This document shows positions 9,959-17,730 of a DNA stretch of 64,000 nt, in pieces (the first letter of the stretch is position 1; each line of letters starts with the position of its first letter). The notes beneath the pieces were generated by a model. It did not search any database. It worked only from the letters and a program-made list of their open reading frames with translations, and was not told the DNA's origin. Location of the stretch: NCBI GenBank assembly GCA_944384525.1, contig CALWTR010000016.1, positions 4,546 to 68,545 on the forward strand, read 5' to 3'. The position numbers and the translations under genes were made by a program. This DNA is from an uncultured Clostridia bacterium. GTDB taxonomy: Bacteria; Bacillota; Clostridia; Oscillospirales; CAG-272.

Positions 9959-10390
9959 ATGAAAATCGAAAAAAGCGTAGCTAATGAGGCAGAGACGTTT
10001 GGTTACCTTACGGTACGGGTGTTCGGCGCCGGGGGCAGTATCCCTATCGAGGGAGCAAATGTACGAGTCAGCGGCAATGATGAATCAAACAAGGACGTAA
10101 TTTACTCCGTCGTGACCGACAGAAGCGGAAAAACCCCGAAACTTAAGCTTCCGGCGCCTCCTGTACGCTACTCACTGAGCCCGAATTCGGAACAAGTACC
10201 GTTCTCTACATACAATGTGCAGGTAATACTGGAAGACTATTACGAAAACAGCACCAGTAATATACCGATATTTGCCGGAATATCATCGATCCAGTCCATA
10301 GTGCTTATAGGAAAAGCCCCTTACGACTCATCCAACTATTACCCTCGCGGCAATGTTGACATCGTCGAGTCGGAAAACAAAGAATTGTGA
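9959..10390 (+). CDS. small Ig-like (carboxypeptidase-regulatory-like) protein resembling the N-terminal pre/pro region of clostridial SleC
   Basis: FGYLTVRVFGAGGSIPIEGANVRVSG...SGKTPKLKLPAPPVRYSLSP...YNVQVILEDYYE. AGGAGA SD upstream. Ends at a TGA that is in frame with the next cistron (see findings). Confidence 0.7.
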   Translation: MKIEKSVANEAETFGYLTVRVFGAGGSIPIEGANVRVSGNDESNKDVIYSVVTDRSGKTPKLKLPAPPVRYSLSPNSEQVPFSTYNVQVILEDYYENSTSNIPIFAGISSIQSIVLIGKAPYDSSNYYPRGNVDIVESENKEL

Positions 10391-10399
10391 GGATCCGCC

Positions 10400-11800
10400 A
10401 TGCGCCCCTTATATCCTGTAATACCTACAAATATAACAGTCCACCTGGGCGCTCCGGATGAAGACGCCCAAAATGTCACTGTGCCGTACGATTATTATTT
10501 AAAGAACGTTGCTTCCAGCGAGATATACCCTACCTGGCCGGAAAACGCCATCAGAGCTAACATTTATGCTCAGGCATCATTCGCACTCAACCGGATCTTC
10601 ACTGAGTACTACCGAAGTCAAGGCTATGATTTCGACATAACGAATTCCACAGCTTATGACCAGTATTTCGTATACGGACGTGATATATTTGAAAACATAT
10701 CAGAGATCGTCAATGATCTGTATGATTCATATATCAGGCGCACAGGCTTTATAGAACCGCTGTTTGCACAGTACTGTGACGGTATAAACGTAACATGTGA
10801 AGGTCTGTCTCAATGGGGTACCGTGGATCTGGCAGAACAAGGATTTACACCCTTTGAAATACTTAAATATTACTACGGAGACGATATAGAGATCGTAACC
10901 AATGCGGAGGTGAGTGGTATAACCGAAAGTGCACCTACTAACAGCTATTCTATCGGTTCCGCCGGAAATTCGATAAGGCAGATCCAGATCCGGCTCAATC
11001 GCATATCAAAAAATTATCCGGCTATACCAAAGATATACCCTGTCGATGGTATATTCGGCATCGAAACGGAAAACGCCGTAAAAGCCTTTCAGGAAATATT
11101 CGGACTTGATCCCGACGGTATCGTAGGACGGGTAACATGGTATGAGATACAGTTCGTATATAATGCCGTCAAGCGGCTAAATGATCTGAATTCAGAGGGG
11201 ATCACACTTGAGGATATCGACAAGCAATTCAGCGAAAAGCTCAAAAAAGGTGATGAGGGACTCGGGGTCCTGGTCCTGCAACATTTTCTTGACTATATTT
11301 CGGATTTCGTACCCACTGTTACCCCGGTAACGGTAGATGGTTCATTCGGCGACACAACGGAAAATTCTGTCCTTTCATTTCAACAAACATACGGTCTTAC
11401 TCAAAACGGCGAGGTCGACGGTAACACCTGGGACGTTATCTACAACGTATATCTCGGACTGATCGAATCTCTGCCGCTGGTATATACCGAAGGAACTGTT
11501 TTGCCTTTCCCGGGTCGTATACTCAGAGAGGGGATAACCGGAGACGATGTGAGGCTGCTTCAAAATTATCTCAATTACATTGCCGATACTTACACTTCAA
11601 TACCGAAAATAACTCCTGACGGAGATTTCGGTCCCGCAACGACCGCCGCCGTCAAGGCCTTTCAGTCCCTGTTCGGCATAGTCGGTACGCCGGGTACAGT
11701 ATCAAGCGTTACCTGGAACGCTATCACGAACGTATACGAGGACCTTTATACTGCGTCACTCGTAAATGAGGGACAATATCCGGGTTATGAAATATCATAG
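10400..11800 (+). CDS. SleC-like spore cortex-lytic enzyme core with three C-terminal PG_binding_1 repeats
   Basis: NITVHLGAPDEDAQNVTVPYDYYLKNVASSEIYPTWPENAIRANIYAQASFALNRIFTEYYRSQGYDFDITNSTAYDQ...LFAQYCDG...GLSQWG matches the SleC/SpoIID-like core as I recall it. Three repeats of DG.FG..T..AV..FQ..FGL...G.V...TW. ATG lies 6 nt after GAGGA. Confidence 0.75.
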   Translation: MRPLYPVIPTNITVHLGAPDEDAQNVTVPYDYYLKNVASSEIYPTWPENAIRANIYAQASFALNRIFTEYYRSQGYDFDITNSTAYDQYFVYGRDIFENISEIVNDLYDSYIRRTGFIEPLFAQYCDGINVTCEGLSQWGTVDLAEQGFTPFEILKYYYGDDIEIVTNAEVSGITESAPTNSYSIGSAGNSIRQIQIRLNRISKNYPAIPKIYPVDGIFGIETENAVKAFQEIFGLDPDGIVGRVTWYEIQFVYNAVKRLNDLNSEGITLEDIDKQFSEKLKKGDEGLGVLVLQHFLDYISDFVPTVTPVTVDGSFGDTTENSVLSFQQTYGLTQNGEVDGNTWDVIYNVYLGLIESLPLVYTEGTVLPFPGRILREGITGDDVRLLQNYLNYIADTYTSIPKITPDGDFGPATTAAVKAFQSLFGIVGTPGTVSSVTWNAITNVYEDLYTASLVNEGQYPGYEIS

Positions 11801-11808
11801 GAGGTATT

Positions 11809-12336
11809 ATGTACCCTGTAACAGATAAAAAAGCCGCGATACGCGAGATACAAAAATATTTACTTGAGATCTCTGCCATACAGCCGGAGCTTCCTCATCT
11901 TGTCATAGACGGAGTATACGGCGATCTGACGCGGCAGACAGTTATAAAATTTCAGGAGCTCAACGGTCTTGAACCGACGGGAAAAGTAAACTACGAAACT
12001 TTTACTCTTATGTACGCGCAGTATACGACCGCAAAGAAAAGCAGGACTGAAGAAACTGAGCTGATCGATCGGGACAGCTTCCCTTTTCAAAGCGGTGACA
12101 GCGGCGATGACGTAGCGATCATAAATTCTATCCTTACGTCCCTCAGGAACTATTATCCGGATATAGGCAGAGTAACAAGCGGAAATTATTACTCGCGCAG
12201 GAGCGCATATGCAGTGGCATATATGCAAAAAATATTCGGTTATCCCCAAACCGGTATCACGGATATCCAAACCTACAACAGTCTGTTCCGGGAGCTCAAT
12301 TCAAGAAACACGATAAAAAATTCTACCTATCTTTGA
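11809..12336 (+). CDS. peptidoglycan-binding domain protein (PG_binding_1, one clear and one degenerate repeat)
   Basis: DGVYGDLTRQTVIKFQELNGLEPTGKVNYETF and a second, weaker repeat AYAVAYMQKIFGYPQTGITDIQTY. GGAGG SD. Lies 8 nt after the preceding gene. Confidence 0.7.
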   Translation: MYPVTDKKAAIREIQKYLLEISAIQPELPHLVIDGVYGDLTRQTVIKFQELNGLEPTGKVNYETFTLMYAQYTTAKKSRTEETELIDRDSFPFQSGDSGDDVAIINSILTSLRNYYPDIGRVTSGNYYSRRSAYAVAYMQKIFGYPQTGITDIQTYNSLFRELNSRNTIKNSTYL

Positions 12337-12430
12337 TTTTCCGCACATCGGGAAAGAAAATCCATTCAATGTGAGAAATCTCTGTTAATTCGGTCATAAT
12401 ATAAAGTAATAAAACTAACGGAGATAAAAT

Positions 12431-14851
12431 ATGAACAGCAGATTCACTGACAGGGCGGAAGCCGCCCTGAGCGAAGCGCTCAATGCGGCGCAGGATCTTG
12501 GTCACACCTACATCGGAAGCGAGCACATACTCATGGGACTGTGCGCGGCGGAGTTCTCATGCGCGAGAGATATAATAACCAAAAACGGTCTGACATTTGA
12601 AAAAATATTCGATACAGTCAAAGAATTTTCCGGTCAAGGAACAAAGAATATCCTGAGCGCCAAAGATATGACGCCGAGGACCCGACATATACTTGAACAG
12701 TCACATATAATTTCTCTGAGATACGGAAGTCCTAAGATCGGCACAGAACATTTACTGCTTGCATTGCTTTCGGAAAAAAGCTGTGTCGCAGTAAAGATCA
12801 TAGCTTATATAGGTGCCTCGGCTGAAAACATGAAGGAAGACGTCATAGCTTTTTTGCGTTCTTTCGATAAAAGTGAAACTTCAGTCAAAAAAGAAGCCCC
12901 CTCAAAAACCTCCGCACTCGCGGTATACGGCAAGGATCTTACCGCTCTGGCCGCAGCCGGCAAACTCGACCCTGTGATAGGCCGTGAAAAAGAGACGCAA
13001 AGGCTGATAAGGATACTGTCAAGGCGCAGTAAAAACAATCCTTGTCTCGTGGGAGAAGCAGGCGTCGGAAAGACTGCCGTGGTCGAGGGGCTGTCACAAA
13101 GGATATTCAAAGGCGATGTTCCGGACTCTCTCAAAGAAAAAAGGATAATTTCCATAGACATATCCTCAATGGTCGCGGGAGCAAAATATCGGGGAGACTT
13201 TGAGGATCGTATAAAAAACGTACTTCGTGAAGCATCCGAGGACAAAAACGTCATACTTTTTATTGATGAGATACACACGATAGTAGGAGCCGGAGGCGCA
13301 GAGGGGGCGATAGATGCGGCAAATATACTCAAGCCGCCGCTTGCCCGCGGTGAAATACGTCTTATAGGTGCAACTACGATAAGCGAATACAGAAAATATA
13401 TCGAGAAAGACTCGGCACTCGAGCGAAGATTCCAGCCGCTGAATATTGAAGAACCGAGCGGTCAGGAAAGCATAGAGATAATAAAAGGCTTGCGTCCGCT
13501 TTACGAAAAGCATCACAACGTTGTTCTTACAGATGAGGCTCTTGAAAGCGCAGTTAAACTCTCGGAGCGATATATAAACGACAGATATCTGCCGGACAAA
13601 GCGATCGATATAATTGACGAAGCTTGTGCAAAAAGCAAAGTATTTTATGTTGATGACGATCAAAAAATTAAAAATATGCGAAATAATATACGGCAGATAG
13701 AAATAAAAAAAGAAAACGCCGTAAAAATTCAAGATTTTCGCACGGCTGAGGAACTGCACGAGAATGAACGCATCGCAACAGAGGAGCTGGAAAAGCTTGA
13801 GGCGGTATCAAATCACGGAGCGTCTCCGATAAAAATAGATGAAAAGGCGATACGCGATATAATAACAGAGCTGACCGGTATACCGTCATCCTCCATCGAA
13901 GAAGACGAATCCTCTTCCCTTGCCACTTTGGCGGAAAGGCTGAAAAAAAGGATAATAGGTCAGGATGAGGCTATAAACGCAGTCGCTCATGCTATAATCA
14001 GAAATCGCGCCGGACTGTCGCCGCTCGAGCGCCCTATCGGGTCATTTATATTCGTAGGTCAAAGCGGCGTAGGAAAGACCGAGCTGGCAAAATGTCTTGC
14101 CGAAGAGATATTCGGCCGAAAAAGTGATATAATAAAATTCGATATGTCTGAATATATGGAAAAGCACAGCGTTTCCAAACTGATAGGCTCCCCTCCGGGA
14201 TATGTAGGATACGGAGAAGGCGGAATGCTGACTGAACAGGTGCTGCGGCATCCGTATTCCCTGCTGATTTTTGACGAGATAGAGAAGGCACATCCGGATA
14301 TACCGGATATATTGATGCAAATACTGGACGACGGGTATCTTACTGACTCCGGAGGCCGTCGTGTCAATTTCAGAAATACTATTATTATAATGACTTCAAA
14401 TATAGGATCAGACACGATCCTTGACAGTAACTCCGCAGGCTTTCTCAGAGCTGAGGGAGAGCTCCCCGGCGAGAATGCGGTCATAAAAGAACTCAAAACG
14501 CATTTTAAAAATGAATTCATAAATCGTATAGACGAGATAGTTCTCTTTAAGCCTTTGAGTCGAGAGTCACTGATAAAAATATGTACTTCTCTTCTATCGG
14601 GACTTTCAGAGCAGATGAAGGACAACGGATTCGATATCATGATCGGGGGCGGAGTCGCCGAATTCATCGTAGACAAAATAAGTTCCAGATCTTTCGGCGC
14701 ACGTCCGCTGAGACGACTTATATCAAAATATATATCGGACAAAATAAGTGAGGAAATAGTTACCGGCAACGTATTACCGGGAGAAGAACTTATTTTAACT
14801 GCCGGCGATAAAGGTATTGAGATAAGCAGAGCTCACACAGCAACTATATAA
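12431..14851 (+). CDS. clpC: ATP-dependent Clp protease ATP-binding subunit ClpC (class I Clp/Hsp100, two AAA+ modules)
   Basis: Clp_N repeats (YIGSEHILMGL, KIGTEHLLLAL). Walker A motifs GEAGVGKTA and GQSGVGKTE, Walker B motifs ILFIDEIH and LLIFDEIEKAH. 806 aa. Confidence 0.92.
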   Translation: MNSRFTDRAEAALSEALNAAQDLGHTYIGSEHILMGLCAAEFSCARDIITKNGLTFEKIFDTVKEFSGQGTKNILSAKDMTPRTRHILEQSHIISLRYGSPKIGTEHLLLALLSEKSCVAVKIIAYIGASAENMKEDVIAFLRSFDKSETSVKKEAPSKTSALAVYGKDLTALAAAGKLDPVIGREKETQRLIRILSRRSKNNPCLVGEAGVGKTAVVEGLSQRIFKGDVPDSLKEKRIISIDISSMVAGAKYRGDFEDRIKNVLREASEDKNVILFIDEIHTIVGAGGAEGAIDAANILKPPLARGEIRLIGATTISEYRKYIEKDSALERRFQPLNIEEPSGQESIEIIKGLRPLYEKHHNVVLTDEALESAVKLSERYINDRYLPDKAIDIIDEACAKSKVFYVDDDQKIKNMRNNIRQIEIKKENAVKIQDFRTAEELHENERIATEELEKLEAVSNHGASPIKIDEKAIRDIITELTGIPSSSIEEDESSSLATLAERLKKRIIGQDEAINAVAHAIIRNRAGLSPLERPIGSFIFVGQSGVGKTELAKCLAEEIFGRKSDIIKFDMSEYMEKHSVSKLIGSPPGYVGYGEGGMLTEQVLRHPYSLLIFDEIEKAHPDIPDILMQILDDGYLTDSGGRRVNFRNTIIIMTSNIGSDTILDSNSAGFLRAEGELPGENAVIKELKTHFKNEFINRIDEIVLFKPLSRESLIKICTSLLSGLSEQMKDNGFDIMIGGGVAEFIVDKISSRSFGARPLRRLISKYISDKISEEIVTGNVLPGEELILTAGDKGIEISRAHTATI

Positions 14852-14876
14852 TAAGGCACATTCAAATCATACAAAG

Positions 14877-14903
14877 AAAAAGCCCCGCATATGCGGGGCT
14901 TTA
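14877..14903. terminator. bidirectional terminator shared by clpC (+) and the tRNA operon (-)
   Basis: Perfect palindrome AGCCCCGCAT/ATGCGGGGCT (14881-14900). AAAA upstream gives a U-run for the minus-strand tRNA transcript. Only a TT(AAAT) tail on the plus side. Confidence 0.75.
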
Positions 14904-14907
14904 AATA

Positions 14908-14985
14908 TGGGGTGAGATATCGGGCTCGAACCGACGACGTTCAGGGCCACAACCTGACGCTGCTACCAACTGAGCTAATCCCACC
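14908..14985 (-). tRNA. tRNA-His (anticodon GTG)
   Basis: Reverse complement GGTGGGATTAGCTCAGTTGGTAGCAGCGTCAGGTTGTGGCCCTGAACGTCGTCGGTTCGAGCCCGATATCTCACCCCA. It has the extra 5-prime G(-1) typical of tRNA-His, anticodon loop TTGTGGC, a GGTTCGAGCC T-arm and an encoded CCA. Confidence 0.92.
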
Positions 14986-14994
14986 ATTTCACTG

Positions 14995-15071
14995 TGGCGT
15001 GCCTTGAGGGACTCGAACCCCCGACCTACTGCTTAGAAGGCAGTTGCTCTATCCAGCTGAGCTAAAGGCAC
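14995..15071 (-). tRNA. tRNA-Arg (anticodon TCT)
   Basis: Reverse complement GTGCCTTTAGCTCAGCTGGATAGAGCAACTGCCTTCTAAGCAGTAGGTCGGGGGTTCGAGTCCCTCAAGGCACGCCA. Acceptor GTGCCTT/AAGGCAC, anticodon loop CTTCTAA and an encoded CCA. Confidence 0.92.
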
Positions 15072-15090
15072 ACGCTCGACAACAAAAGGT

Positions 15091-15119
15091 ATTATAACAG
15101 ATACTTCGAACTTTGTCAA
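15091..15119 (-). promoter_or_regulatory. sigma-A type promoter of the tRNA-Arg/tRNA-His operon
   Basis: On the minus strand: TTGACA (15119-15114), 17-nt spacer, TGt-TATAAT (15096-15091). Lies about 20 nt upstream of the tRNA-Arg 5-prime end. Confidence 0.7.
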
Positions 15120-15166
15120 GTATTTTGATAAATTATTTATACTGTGCCCGATCTTGCATAGCGGAC

Positions 15167-15214
15167 AGATACCGGCGGGTGCCGCAAAAATCTCTGCGGT
15201 ACCCGCCGGTATCT
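15167..15214 (-). terminator. very stable 19-bp hairpin just downstream of the SPFH gene stop (atypical terminator, no U-tract)
   Basis: AGATACCGGCGGGTGCCGC (15167-15185), a 10-nt loop, then GCGGTACCCGCCGGTATCT (15196-14). There is one G-T / A-C position. See findings. Confidence 0.45.
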
Positions 15215-15223
15215 CCGGTAGAT

Positions 15224-16174
15224 TTACTGTTTTGCTATTTCAGTAGCGGAAGTTATTATTCCCGCAAGCCCCTGGATATCCGAGGGTATTATTATCTTGG
15301 TGGACTGTCCGTCTGCCAGCTTCACCAGTGCCTCCAGAGATCTTATTTTTATAACGCTGTCTGAAGGCGCCGCCTTATTTATCATTTCGATACCCTTGGC
15401 TGTCGCTTGCTGTATAGCGATTATGGCCTTTGCCTCTCCGTCTGATTCCCGTATCTTAGACTCTCTCAGCGCGTCGGCTCGAAGTATTGCCGCTTCCTTA
15501 TCCGCCTCTGCCTCAAGGATCATCGAGCGTTTCTTTCCCTCTGCTACAAGTATCGCGCTGTTCTTTTCGCCCTCTGCGCGAAGTATCGCTTCCCTGCGCT
15601 CACGCTCAGCCTTCATCTGCTTTTCCATCGCGTCCTGTATCTCTTTCGGCGGGATTATGTTCTTCAGTTCGACTCTGTTGACCTTTATACCCCATGGGTC
15701 TGTCGCCTCATCAAGTATCGAACGCATCCTTGTATTTATAACGTCCCTTGACGTAAGCGTCTGGTCAAGATCGAGCTCGCCTATGATATTGCGCAGCGTC
15801 GTAGCGGTGAGGTTTTCAATAGCAAAGATAGGATTTGTGACTCCGTATGCATAAAGCTTGCAATCCGTTATCTGATAAAATACGACGGTGTCTATCTGGA
15901 TCCTTACATTATCCTTAGTTATGACCGGCTGCGGCTCGAAGTCCGCTACCTGCTCCATAAGAGTCAGTTTCTTCGCAACAACTTCTATAAACGGGAGCTT
16001 CACATGCAGACCGGTCGTCCATGTTTCGCGATAGCTGCCGAAACGCTCTATAACATACGCATGTGCCTGAGGAACTATTTTGATATTTACAATAAGGATG
16101 ATCAGAACTACAAGTATGAGGATTATAAACGCCCAGATGAGCCCGGACTGCCACGTGATCAGAGAAAAGTTCAT
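15224..16174 (-). CDS. SPFH/band 7 (stomatin-prohibitin) family membrane protein
   Basis: N-terminal TM helix, then IVPQAHAYVIERFGSY...LMEQVADFEPQPVITKDN...RNIIGELDLDQTLTSRD and a C-terminal EA/K-rich coiled coil. Paired with NfeD upstream. Confidence 0.88.
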   Translation of the reverse strand: MNFSLITWQSGLIWAFIILILVVLIILIVNIKIVPQAHAYVIERFGSYRETWTTGLHVKLPFIEVVAKKLTLMEQVADFEPQPVITKDNVRIQIDTVVFYQITDCKLYAYGVTNPIFAIENLTATTLRNIIGELDLDQTLTSRDVINTRMRSILDEATDPWGIKVNRVELKNIIPPKEIQDAMEKQMKAERERREAILRAEGEKNSAILVAEGKKRSMILEAEADKEAAILRADALRESKIRESDGEAKAIIAIQQATAKGIEMINKAAPSDSVIKIRSLEALVKLADGQSTKIIIPSDIQGLAGIITSATEIAKQ

Positions 16175-16225
16175 ATCATTCTCCTTTTATATATTATTTA
16201 TTGGTTTTGTGTAGAAGGAAAGAAG

Positions 16226-16654
16226 TCATTTGCGGCATATGAGCTTTACGCCCTCTATCGCCACGACCGTAACGATATCGCCCTCATTAAGAGTCACATC
16301 GTCACTGACAGAACGTGCGGCCCAGTACTGTCCGTTATATTTAGCCTGACCGCATCCGGCGAGATTATCGACCTTTTCAGTTACTACGCATTTTGAACCT
16401 ATTATTGCCTCGATATTAGTTTTTTGAGGAGATCCGTAAAATTTGTTTTTGAAGATCCGTCTCAGCAAAAACACTCCTATTATACCGAGAACCAGAAATA
16501 CTATTACCTGAACGTACGGCGGTATGTTCTCAAAGATCGAAAGCAGCATTGCGACGAGCGCCGCAGGAATAAACCATACCGATACAAGTTCCGCAGTCAG
16601 AGCTTCGAATAAAACGGCAAGCAGTATTACCGCAAGCCATATGTATGTCCACAT
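16226..16654 (-). CDS. NfeD family membrane protein
   Basis: Three N-terminal TM helices plus a C-terminal OB-like domain (GSKCVVTEKV...GQAKYNGQYWAARS...GDIVTVVAIEGVKL). This is the classic NfeD-SPFH gene pair. Confidence 0.85.
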   Translation of the reverse strand: MWTYIWLAVILLAVLFEALTAELVSVWFIPAALVAMLLSIFENIPPYVQVIVFLVLGIIGVFLLRRIFKNKFYGSPQKTNIEAIIGSKCVVTEKVDNLAGCGQAKYNGQYWAARSVSDDVTLNEGDIVTVVAIEGVKLICRK

Positions 16655-16844
16655 AAAAGCACCTCACTGTTATAAATTTTAGCGAAAGAGGCGCAAGACC
16701 TCTCCGTATCAAATTCTAACATATTTGATCGGCAATGTCAAGTTGCGTCTCCCAAACAAACGGTAAAAAACGCCCGGTGCTGTGACCTGAGACAAAATGC
16801 ACTTACTTTGAAAAACAGGTCGTTAATTATTTTTATAATAACTA

Positions 16845-16873
16845 TTGACAAAACCACTGTTGTGTAGTAAAAT
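16845..16873 (+). promoter_or_regulatory. candidate sigma-A promoter of the stand-alone ACP gene
   Basis: TTGACA (16845-16850), 17-nt spacer, TAAAAT (16868-16873). Confidence 0.55.
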
Positions 16874-16956
16874 ATTGCTCGTGTAAGTTGGAACGCCCTA
16901 ATTATGCACTTTATTCTAACAGTTAGTTTTGATATTACTGTATTCAGGAGGAAGAT

Positions 16957-17181
16957 ATGTTCGAGAATGTAAAAAAGCTTCTTGTAGACGAACTTCGTGT
17001 AGAACCCGACGATGTTACTATGGAAGCTGAGCTTGCAAGCGACCTCGGTATCAATTCACTCGAGCTTGCCGATCTCATTCTGCTTTGCGAAGAAAAATTC
17101 AATATCGTTATAGACGACGAGGATCTCCACAATTTCGTCACTGTCGGCGACGTTGTAAAATATCTTGAAGCTCAGCATTGA
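16957..17181 (+). CDS. acyl carrier protein (stand-alone)
   Basis: 74 aa and acidic. LASDLGINSLELADLILLCEEKF is the ACP helix II region, with the phosphopantetheine Ser in an NSL rather than DSL context. AGGAGG SD. Confidence 0.8.
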   Translation: MFENVKKLLVDELRVEPDDVTMEAELASDLGINSLELADLILLCEEKFNIVIDDEDLHNFVTVGDVVKYLEAQH

Positions 17182-17198
17182 TTTTACATATTATATTT

Positions 17199-17234
17199 AA
17201 AAGGTTGCCCCCGTGATCGAGGGGCAACCTTTTA
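17199..17234. terminator. bidirectional rho-independent terminator
   Basis: AAGGTTGCCCC (17201-17211) pairs with GGGGCAACCTT (17221-17231), flanked by A- and T-runs. Lies between the convergent ACP and hypothetical genes. Confidence 0.8.
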
Positions 17235-17246
17235 AATATCTATACA

Positions 17247-17585
17247 TCAATTAAGCAGCAGTACCCTGCCAGGTGCGTCCTGATCGACCTGATCCGATAA
17301 ATACGGAAATCTGTTTATCAGATATTCCGACTCCGTACTGCCGCCTCCGAGCTCATCTGCACGGACAAATGCGCTGAGCTTCCCCTCTTTTTTAAGCCTA
17401 TGAAAAAGTCTGGCAAGCTTGGCAATGGCTCCGTTCAATTGGACGCTGTCAACAGCATTCAGTTCAAATTGGTAGAGCGACAGAGATCTTGACCTCGCAT
17501 CCGCAATATAATAAAGCGCCAGCCTCTCTAGCTCGCGTGAACTGATATCGTCAAGACCGATATGGTACGTAAATATTTTTTCCAT
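17247..17585 (-). CDS. hypothetical protein (about 112 aa), family not recognised
   Basis: MEKIFTYHIGLDDISSRELERLALYYIADARSRSLSLYQFELNAV...; soluble, with no motif I can name. The start is ambiguous: ATG 17585 or the adjacent TTG. The track start at 17657 adds a Gly/Ser/Arg-rich stretch that looks non-coding. Confidence 0.5.
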   Translation of the reverse strand: MEKIFTYHIGLDDISSRELERLALYYIADARSRSLSLYQFELNAVDSVQLNGAIAKLARLFHRLKKEGKLSAFVRADELGGGSTESEYLINRFPYLSDQVDQDAPGRVLLLN

Positions 17586-17730
17586 CAAAATACCGCCGCG
17601 TAACGGCGAACCTCCGTTTGATGAGCCGAACAGCCGTCCCGAAGGACCGCGCCGCAAGCGGCATAGTTTCTGCTATATCTATATTATATATTCAATGCCG
17701 CACTTTGTAAAGCGGCGAAAGGACAATTAA

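Noticed and set aside
10388-10390. The in-frame TGA between the two SleC-like cistrons could be read as selenocysteine or programmed read-through.
   Set aside because: No stable stem-loop follows the TGA where a bacterial SECIS element would sit. The TGA is part of a GAGGA SD followed by an ATG at ideal spacing, so termination-reinitiation is the simpler reading. No selenium-utilisation genes are visible in the window.
12337-12430. A CtsR operator upstream of clpC, given that ctsR-mcsA-mcsB are missing in front of clpC.
   Set aside because: Only a single GGTCATA heptad (12392-12398) is present. There is no tandem GGTCAAA-N3-GGTCAAA repeat. The absence of ctsR/mcsAB next to clpC is common outside Bacilli, so I do not treat it as notable.
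17586-17730. Possible NiCo (czcD-type) riboswitch upstream of the CDF transporter gene.
   Set aside because: The plausible -10 elements leave a leader of only about 40 nt. The region also lacks the paired GGGCAG-like conserved junction sequences that I remember for that class. It contains only simple short hairpins.
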